Shown piece by piece: positions 56,973 through 64,000 of a stretch of 64,000 bases of DNA. The notes beneath the pieces are model-generated. The model was not told where the DNA came from. It saw only the letters and a program-made list of their open reading frames with translations, and searched no databases. A program made the position numbers and the translations under genes. The stretch is from Thermodesulfobium acidiphilum (lineage in GTDB: Bacteria; Thermodesulfobiota; Thermodesulfobiia; Thermodesulfobiales; Thermodesulfobiaceae): NCBI RefSeq assembly GCF_003057965.1, contig NZ_CP020921.1, positions 394,100-458,099 on the forward strand. The letters run 5' to 3'. Each line of letters begins with the position of its first letter. Position 1 is the stretch's first letter.

Positions 56973-58416
56973 GGCCTGGCAGGGGAGACTCCCTGATACC
57001 AAGAGAGAACTTATAGAGTTTAGCTCTTCTTTAGATCTTGATAGGAGATTTTTTTTACAGGATTCTTGTTTGAACTCTGTATATGCTGAAGAGCTTTCTT
57101 TGATAGGACTTATCTCTAAAGAAGATTTTGAAGTTATAAAATCTGGCATTAAAGAGCTTGTCAAAGCATACTTGAATAACAATGTTGAGTTTTCCAATCA
57201 GGATGAAGACATTCACATGGCCATAGAAAGGCTACTTTCTGAGAAAATTGGCGAGACTGCTTTTAAGATGCATGCAGGAAAAAGTAGAAATGATCAGGTT
57301 ATAACAGACTTTAAGATGTTTTTAAGAATTGAAATATTAAATATATTAACGAAATTAAACAATTTCTTTGATTCTTTCCTTGAAATTTCTCAAAGATATG
57401 AAGATGTAATAATGCCAGCTTATACACACACTCAACAGGCCCAGCCAATTATTTTTTCTCATTGGGTTTTTGCTCACCTCTATAGTTTATTTGAGTGTGT
57501 GAAGAAATTAATAGAAGTCTATGAATCTTGTAGAATGTTACCACTTGGTTCGGCTGCTATTGCTGGAAGTGCATTCAACCTCGACAGGTTCAGACTTGCA
57601 AAAAAACTTGGCTTTGAAGCGCCAACGTTTAACAGTATTGAGACAATTTCATCCAGGGATTTTGCTCTTGACTTCCTTTATGCTTTAGCAACGATCTCAA
57701 TTAAGCTTTCGTGCCTTGCACAAGATCTTATTACTTTTTCTACCTCGGAATATGGATTTATAAACTTACCTGATGAATTCTGTACGGGCTCATCTATAAT
57801 GCCACAGAAAAAAAATCCTGATTTTCTTGAACTTATAAGGGGAAGGAGTTCAATAGTTATAGGAAATCTTATTTCGCTTTTAACGCTTATGAAGGGACTT
57901 TCAATAGGATACCATAGGGATCTTCAAGAAGATAAAACTGTCGTATTTAGTTCTCTTGATATAGTTTCTTCTATTCTTGTGCTTTTACCTGAGTTTATAT
58001 CAAAAATAAATTTGAACGTTGAAAAAATAAAACAAAGCCTTAATCAGGGGTTGCTTGCTACAGATATTGCAGATTATCTTGCTAAAAATGGCGTTCCATT
58101 CAGAGAGGCACATTCTAGAGTGGGGTCTCTTGTTAGGTTAGCTGAGGAAAAAGGGGTTAAAATTTTTGAGCTAGATTTCGAAGACGTCAGGAAAATTTTA
58201 AAAGATATTGACTTTAACTCATACAGAAACTTTGATTTCGTATCTTCAGTAAATGCAAGAAATATTTATGGAGGAACATCAAAAAGTTCTGTAAAGTGCC
58301 AGAGAGATCAATTTATTGAAATAAAGAAAGATTTTGTCTCTTTTATTGAGATCCAGAAGAAAAAAGAATCTTATATTTACATTCAAGCAATTGATGCGAA
58401 CCCTTTTGATCTCTGA
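56956..58416 (+). CDS. argH: Argininosuccinate lyase
   Basis: EDIH, SRNDQ, GSSIMPQKKNPD. Confidence 0.95.
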   Translation: MGKSFRAWQGRLPDTKRELIEFSSSLDLDRRFFLQDSCLNSVYAEELSLIGLISKEDFEVIKSGIKELVKAYLNNNVEFSNQDEDIHMAIERLLSEKIGETAFKMHAGKSRNDQVITDFKMFLRIEILNILTKLNNFFDSFLEISQRYEDVIMPAYTHTQQAQPIIFSHWVFAHLYSLFECVKKLIEVYESCRMLPLGSAAIAGSAFNLDRFRLAKKLGFEAPTFNSIETISSRDFALDFLYALATISIKLSCLAQDLITFSTSEYGFINLPDEFCTGSSIMPQKKNPDFLELIRGRSSIVIGNLISLLTLMKGLSIGYHRDLQEDKTVVFSSLDIVSSILVLLPEFISKINLNVEKIKQSLNQGLLATDIADYLAKNGVPFREAHSRVGSLVRLAEEKGVKIFELDFEDVRKILKDIDFNSYRNFDFVSSVNARNIYGGTSKSSVKCQRDQFIEIKKDFVSFIEIQKKKESYIYIQAIDANPFDL

Positions 58417-59521
58417 TTTAAGACCTGTTTACAAGAAGATTAATTTTGTTTCACATTTTGATACCATAGGCAGGCTTATATTATTCTTTAGGACTCACGG
58501 TTGTGAAATCTTTTTAACGCATACAGATGATGGTTATTGTGCAATTTCGAAAGATGATGTTATTGGGTTCGGATGGAATGATCTGGTAAGCGATCTTTTA
58601 ATGAACAAAAATTTATCACCTTTGATGTTTGTTTTTGAAAATGATTCTGTCGATAAATTTTTGCAACTTTCTTTAATATATAAAAAACCTGTTATTGTAC
58701 TAGGTCCAGGCAATATCCCGGTAGGGATTTTATATTATCCAGATGTAATAGCCTTTTTAAATGGTTATCCTATGCCTACAAGAGTATCAGGGGTATCTAC
58801 CCCATTTGGGATTTTTTTCACAAATTCTCTTGCAAGAGGTGGAGTAAACGATATAAAACTGTTTCTTACTGGAGGTCTCTTTTCTCTGTTTGCAATTATA
58901 CTGTTTATTACAGGCAGCTTTTTCTATGAAATATTAAAATATAATTTTGTAGATTTTGATCCCTACACACTTTCACTTTTTTCCATAATTTTACCTCTTG
59001 TAATTTTTTTGTTTTTAATAAAATTTAGTAAGCTATCAAAGTTACACGGTGCAGAACATAAAGTGGCACATGCTATTGAATCTGGAGATATTCTTTCTAA
59101 GAATTCAGTGAATTCTTATTCAAGAGTTCATAAAAGGTGTGGCACAAACTTGTTGATATTATTATTCCTTTTACAAATAATGGTTATTTATATTAATCCG
59201 ATTTTAGCTTGTGTTATTGCTCTTTTTACATGGAGGGCTTTGGGCAATAAGATACAGTTTTATATCACTACTTCAGAACCAGGCGAGAAAGAGATAAACA
59301 ATGCGCTTTTTGCCGGTAGAGATTTTATGAAAAATTACTTTAATACTATTATAAATAACGTTAAAATTAGTTCATTCAGAAAAGTATATAATTTAGGAAT
59401 ATTCCAAATATTGAGTGGATACTTTTTTGTGATCTTTGTAATTAATTTTCTTGCATGGAGTTTATTGTGGCTTGGTATATTACCAAAAGATTATTATCAG
59501 CTATTGCGCTTGTTTTTATAA
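58394..59521 (+). CDS. DUF1385-family membrane protein with an N-terminal extension
   Basis: HGAEHK..SRVHKRCGTN. Confidence 0.8.
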   Translation: MRTLLISDLRPVYKKINFVSHFDTIGRLILFFRTHGCEIFLTHTDDGYCAISKDDVIGFGWNDLVSDLLMNKNLSPLMFVFENDSVDKFLQLSLIYKKPVIVLGPGNIPVGILYYPDVIAFLNGYPMPTRVSGVSTPFGIFFTNSLARGGVNDIKLFLTGGLFSLFAIILFITGSFFYEILKYNFVDFDPYTLSLFSIILPLVIFLFLIKFSKLSKLHGAEHKVAHAIESGDILSKNSVNSYSRVHKRCGTNLLILLFLLQIMVIYINPILACVIALFTWRALGNKIQFYITTSEPGEKEINNALFAGRDFMKNYFNTIINNVKISSFRKVYNLGIFQILSGYFFVIFVINFLAWSLLWLGILPKDYYQLLRLFL

Positions 59522-60423
59522 TTTCTGCCGTAAGCTTTTTTATTATCCATCTTGCTCCTGGCGATCCTAGCACCCTCTTGATAGATCCAAGAGTAAAACC
59601 AGAAGATCTTGCAAGAATAAGAAACAATTTAGGTTTGAACCAAAGTATTTATGTGCAATTTTTAATCTGGTTTAAAAACGTTTTATTTCTAAATTTTGGT
59701 AGGTCATTTGTAGATTCAAGGCCTGTTTTGGATTTAATATTGGAGCGTTTGCCTGCAACGCTTGAATTAATGGGTTCTGCTTATCTGATCGGTTTTTCGA
59801 TCGGTATTTTGTGGGGGATCTTATCGGCGTTGTTTAGGGATAAGTTCGATATTGTTTCAAGTATAATTTCCTTTATTGGGCTTTCTGTTCCATCGTTTTT
59901 TCTTGCACTTATTTTAATTAGAGTTTTTGCTGTAAGTTTGAAATGGTTTCCTGTGAATGGCTATGTTTCTGTAGGTATTCCTTATCCTAGTTTAGAATTC
60001 TTTTCGAATCACATAGCTCATCTTGCTCTTCCAGTTTTTACTATCTCATTAGGCATTATATTTTCTGTGATGAGGTATCAAAGGAATGCAGCAATAGAAG
60101 TGTTTCAAGAAGAATATATCCAGTTTGCAATAGCAAAAGGTTTGTCAAAAAAAAGGATAACCTTTCATGTCTTAATAGTGGCTATAATACCAATAATTAC
60201 CTTGTTAGGATTGTCTCTTCCTGACATATTGGGCGGAGCTTTCATTATAGAGACAATTTTTGCCTGGCCTGGCATAGGAAGACTCGGGGTTAACGCTATA
60301 TTTTCTAGAGATTATCCTGTTATTATGGGTATAGTTGTTTTTTCTTCTGTTTTAGTAATTCTTTCTAATTTATTGGCTGACATTATAAATAAATTACTTG
60401 ATCCGAGAACCGCAGAAGATTAA
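59467..60423 (+). CDS. Peptide/nickel ABC transporter permease (DppB/OppB-like)
   Basis: APGDP, RLPATLEL, AKGL, ETIFAWPGIG, RDYP. Confidence 0.9.
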   Translation: MAWYITKRLLSAIALVFIISAVSFFIIHLAPGDPSTLLIDPRVKPEDLARIRNNLGLNQSIYVQFLIWFKNVLFLNFGRSFVDSRPVLDLILERLPATLELMGSAYLIGFSIGILWGILSALFRDKFDIVSSIISFIGLSVPSFFLALILIRVFAVSLKWFPVNGYVSVGIPYPSLEFFSNHIAHLALPVFTISLGIIFSVMRYQRNAAIEVFQEEYIQFAIAKGLSKKRITFHVLIVAIIPIITLLGLSLPDILGGAFIIETIFAWPGIGRLGVNAIFSRDYPVIMGIVVFSSVLVILSNLLADIINKLLDPRTAED

Positions 60424-60526
60424 AATTTTTTTACTTTTATTAAGAAAAATATGGTAAAATCATTTACAATAAATAGATAGTTAAGGTTTTTTGATTAAAC
60501 AATAAGTTGAAGGAGGATTTACTAAA

Positions 60527-61459
60527 GTGCATAAAGTTAAGGGATTTTTGATCCTGTTGTTTATTCTTTCCTTTACTTTACTTTCTACTAGTTTAGCAAG
60601 TGCTTCTATATTTTCTAAAATTTTTGGCTCTAAAGATTCAAAATCTAATGAGACACAAATGCAAAACGTTACATCTGCCGACAATACCAATTCTGACTTT
60701 CAAAAGTGGAATAGTGAGGTAGACAGTCTTTTGAACTCTCTTTCTTCCAATAATCAAACTTCTACAGGCAATTCTCTTAAAACAAGTTCCACAAACGTTA
60801 ACTCCAACGCATCTGCCTCAACATCAACAAATTCTTTAAAAACTAATGTTTCAAGCCAAAAAGAAGAGATTAAACAGGATACAACGGTTAAAAGTGTTAA
60901 TGATCTAACTTCTACAAGGACTGGAAATAATAGTTCGAACTCTGTTGGGGTTCCTTTGAACTCTGCTGGTTGTATTAAAATTACTGACGCAGAATATCCA
61001 CCAGTAAATTTAATGAAAAATCAATTTATTGATAATGTGAAGTTGTTTAACGATGGCACGAAGGTTGTACTCCTTTTAGAAAGTACAGTTCCTTTTGAAC
61101 AAGCTGATATTAAACAGTATGCATTCCCGGATCAAATTATTATAGATATTCCAAATATTTTTCTGGACAAATCTGTTAAAACGGGTCAATTTAGCCCTCA
61201 GGGTTTAAATTATGTAAATATGGTAAGAATCCAAAATTTTGATTCTGATATACTAAAATCTTCAAGAATTGTATTAACTTTCCCAGATACTCCAAAGTAT
61301 ACAATTTTGAAAACAGACGATCCCAAAAAGCTAGAAATAGCTTTTGAAGTTCCATCACTTGAAACTACCTTAAAAAAGAATGAGAATACCAGTCAGGATA
61401 CAGGTGCTAATAGTGTAAATACCACAGCTAAAGCTCCAGTTGATAGTGGCAAAAAATGA
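60527..61459 (+). CDS. Secreted Ser/Asn-rich protein with an AMIN-like domain
   Basis: Signal peptide, low-complexity linker, PDQIIIDIP..VRI..SRIVL. Confidence 0.65.
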   Translation: MHKVKGFLILLFILSFTLLSTSLASASIFSKIFGSKDSKSNETQMQNVTSADNTNSDFQKWNSEVDSLLNSLSSNNQTSTGNSLKTSSTNVNSNASASTSTNSLKTNVSSQKEEIKQDTTVKSVNDLTSTRTGNNSSNSVGVPLNSAGCIKITDAEYPPVNLMKNQFIDNVKLFNDGTKVVLLLESTVPFEQADIKQYAFPDQIIIDIPNIFLDKSVKTGQFSPQGLNYVNMVRIQNFDSDILKSSRIVLTFPDTPKYTILKTDDPKKLEIAFEVPSLETTLKKNENTSQDTGANSVNTTAKAPVDSGKK

Positions 61460-61510
61460 CATATTATATAATATAATTACTTTATAACAGTTTGGAGAGG
61501 TGAAATTAAA

Positions 61511-62521
61511 ACGAGTGTAAATGTTGCTGTAATTGGTGCAGGAGATTGGGGCGTAAACTTAATTAGAAATTTCTTCGAATTAGGTTATCTCCGTAGTGTG
61601 TGTGATCTGGATTCAGAAAAGTTGATAAAGGTGGAGAGCCAGTACAAAAGCGTTAATTGTGTTACAAATCCAGATGAAATATTTTCTTCTAAGGATATAG
61701 ATGCCGTTGTGATATCTACGCCGTCGTCTTTTCATTATTCTTTAGCAAAAAAAGCTCTTAATAGTGGAAAGCATGTCTTTGTAGAGAAGCCAATGGCCCT
61801 GAATGTAAAGGAAGGCGAAGAGCTGGTTGAACTGGCCAGGTCGAAGGATTTGAGGTTATTGGTGGGTCATGTTCTTTTATATCATCCTGCTGTTCAAACT
61901 CTTCACCAGTTAGTTATGGAAGGTGAACTTGGAGATATTCACTATATTCATTCAAGCAGGTTGAATTTAGGAAAGGTTTCTTTTGATGAATCAGTTCTAT
62001 GGAATTTGGCTCCGCATGATTTGTCAATATTTTTTTATCTGCTTGGACTTGAAGGAGATATTGTGGTATCTAGTACAGGGCATAGTTTTTTGAGCGAAGA
62101 TAGGGTAGATATTGCCCATGTAACGCTTGAATTTAAAGATATATTTGGAAATATCTTTGTTTCCTGGTTACATCCTCGTAAAATTCAGCAAACAGTAGTT
62201 ATAGGGACGAAGAAAATGGCTATATTTGATGATAGAGCTCCTCATAAGCTGATTCTTTACAATAAAGGAGCTAAGATTGTTAACGGAAAGCCATTTTTAA
62301 ATTCTGGTGGAGAAAAGATAGTTGACTTTGAACAAAGCGAACCGTTGAAAAATGAATGCAGATCTTTTATTGAGTCGATTATATATAAAAAGGATCCAAT
62401 AACTGAGGGTATGCAAGGTTTAAGAATCCTCGAAATTCTTGAGGCTGCAGAGGAATCTATACTAAAGAAGGGTGCTCCTGTTAAGTTGTCTTACAAATCT
62501 AAAAAGGGTGTCCTTATATAA
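61511..62521 (+). CDS. Gfo/Idh/MocA oxidoreductase (start appears to be ACG)
   Basis: In-frame VAVIGAGDWG upstream of the track start; HVFVEKP, VGH, LAPHD. Confidence 0.85.
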   Translation, partial: TSVNVAVIGAGDWGVNLIRNFFELGYLRSVCDLDSEKLIKVESQYKSVNCVTNPDEIFSSKDIDAVVISTPSSFHYSLAKKALNSGKHVFVEKPMALNVKEGEELVELARSKDLRLLVGHVLLYHPAVQTLHQLVMEGELGDIHYIHSSRLNLGKVSFDESVLWNLAPHDLSIFFYLLGLEGDIVVSSTGHSFLSEDRVDIAHVTLEFKDIFGNIFVSWLHPRKIQQTVVIGTKKMAIFDDRAPHKLILYNKGAKIVNGKPFLNSGGEKIVDFEQSEPLKNECRSFIESIIYKKDPITEGMQGLRILEILEAAEESILKKGAPVKLSYKSKKGVLI

Positions 62522-62522
62522 A

Positions 62523-63677
62523 GTGTTCTTTCATGCTTTTAGTTCTAGTGAAGCTATCTTAAAAAACATAAAAATTGTTGATTCTACTTTAAGGGATGGA
62601 GAACAAACAGCGGGGGTTATTTTTACTAAACAAGATAAAGTTAAAATTGCTAAAGAATTAAATGATTTAGGTATTTATCAAATTGAAGCTGGAATACCTG
62701 CCATGCTGGGGGAGGAGTTTGAAGCCATTTCGGCTATTGTTAAACTTGGTTTAAAATCAAAGATAATGTCCTGGAATAGGCCCGTTTTGTCCGATATTGA
62801 CATGTCTTTGAAATCAGGAGTAGATTCGGTTGGAATTTCCTGTCCAATTTCTCCAATTCATCTACACTTTAAATTGGGATTAGAATTTGATGAAGCTCTT
62901 AAATTAACTGATAAAGCAATAAATTATGCAAAAAAACATGGCCTTTATGTCTCTACTCATATGGAAGATGCAGGAAGGGCGCCAAGGAATTTTTTGGTTA
63001 GATTCGCTCTTATGGCAAAAGAATCTGGCTCTGATAGACTTAGAATTTGTGACACTTCAAGCGTAATGGATCCGTTTAAAGTTCATGAAACAGTAACCTA
63101 TTTGTCTGAGAGAGTGGGCATACCCTTAGAAGTTCACATGCATAACGATTTTGGTATGGCTACGGCAAACACCCTTGTTGGCATTGCCTCTGGCAGCGAG
63201 TTTGCAAGCGTTACTGTTTTAGGATTGGGGAAAATGGCAGGGAACGCTTCTTTGGAGGAGGTTATTGCTGCGCTAAAGTTTCTCTGGGGAGTAGACCTGG
63301 GGGTTGACCTCAAAGGAATGGCTTCTTTATCAAAGTATGTGAGCAAGAAATCAGGTATAGAAATACCTGATTTTAAACCTATAATTGGCAAGAAGCTCTT
63401 CAGTACTGAATCCGGAATCTCACTGGATGCAAGAAAGATGGGAGAAAAGATTTCGGCTTTTTCAGCTCAAGACCTTGGGATGGTAGAACAACTGGTAATT
63501 GGTAAGCATTCTGGTCCTAAAGCTATAAAAAACAAATTTGAAGAATTTGGTATCCAACTAAGTGACGAACAAATAAACGTTATATTGCCAAAAATTAAAG
63601 CAAAAGTTTTAGAATTATCAAGAACTCTTTTTGACAAAGAATTGATGTTGATCTATAAGGAAACTTTTAATAATTAA
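62523..63677 (+). CDS. Homocitrate synthase (NifV)-like DRE-TIM metallolyase (start uncertain)
   Basis: DSTLRDGEQTAG, IEAGIP, HMHNDFGMATAN, GKHSG; no LeuA regulatory domain. Confidence 0.8.
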   Translation: MFFHAFSSSEAILKNIKIVDSTLRDGEQTAGVIFTKQDKVKIAKELNDLGIYQIEAGIPAMLGEEFEAISAIVKLGLKSKIMSWNRPVLSDIDMSLKSGVDSVGISCPISPIHLHFKLGLEFDEALKLTDKAINYAKKHGLYVSTHMEDAGRAPRNFLVRFALMAKESGSDRLRICDTSSVMDPFKVHETVTYLSERVGIPLEVHMHNDFGMATANTLVGIASGSEFASVTVLGLGKMAGNASLEEVIAALKFLWGVDLGVDLKGMASLSKYVSKKSGIEIPDFKPIIGKKLFSTESGISLDARKMGEKISAFSAQDLGMVEQLVIGKHSGPKAIKNKFEEFGIQLSDEQINVILPKIKAKVLELSRTLFDKELMLIYKETFNN

Positions 63678-63868
63678 TAATTCTTCAATTTTTTATAAGT
63701 ACTTGAGTACTATATTAATTTAAATATTTGATTTATTCAGACATTTCAAAACATTTGGTATACTTTTTTTTTAAAAAAATGCATACTATACATTTATAAT
63801 GTTTATAGTTCATTCTTAAGTATTTAGCTTTTTTTAAGTTGCGTTCACATATAAAAGGAGGTCTGATA

Positions 63869-64000
63869 ATGAAAAGTTATTGGGAAATTCGTTGGCACGC
63901 AAGAGGAGGACAAGGGGCATGGACGGCCTCTCAATTTCTTGCATCAGCTGCACTGAGTGTTAATAAATACTTTCAATCCTTTCCTGAATTTGGAGCCGAA
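63869..64000 (+). CDS. Pyruvate/2-oxoacid:ferredoxin oxidoreductase gamma subunit (runs off the window edge)
   Basis: [38 protein letters not shown]. Confidence 0.88.
   Translation, partial: MKSYWEIRWHARGGQGAWTASQFLASAALSVNKYFQSFPEFGAE

Noticed and set aside
1-64000. CRISPR array, rRNA, intact IS or prophage
   Set aside because: No repeat-spacer array, rRNA-like tract or intact transposase, integrase or phage gene seen.

Overview
Low-GC chromosomal segment from an anaerobic bacterium. Gene content strongly resembles Thermodesulfobium (inferred, not searched). Main elements: (1) a carbon-fixation operon tal-rbcL(form III)-prk-tktN-tktC-gap-pgk-fbp-rpiB-rpe at 3.0-12.2 kb, consistent with the transaldolase variant of the Calvin cycle. 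It has no rbcS or cbbR, and its sigma70 promoter is overlapped by GntR/FadR-type palindromes. (2) Four helically phased DnaA boxes at about 1.6 kb and a collapsed Rpn pseudogene. (3) A copper operon copA-rusticyanin-like-grx-copZ-csoR. (4) An archaeal-type family B DNA polymerase with a substituted steric-gate Tyr and degenerate proofreading motifs, upstream of panD, NERD, V4R, RNase HIII and an MBL hydrolase. (5) Hemerythrin, rubredoxin and rubrerythrin genes. (6) An arsR-tusA-mvhD-hdrL-hdrA-wHTH-hdrC-CCG-3x dsrE sulfur/electron-bifurcation cluster beside tRNA-Arg(ACG). (7) A degenerate FBP aldolase/phosphatase homolog. (8) Housekeeping genes (trxB, pckA, xseAB, ppaC, prsA, mazG, argGH and others), ending in a partial 2-oxoacid:ferredoxin oxidoreductase gamma subunit. 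No CRISPR, rRNA or intact mobile element was seen. All family calls come from motif recognition by eye.
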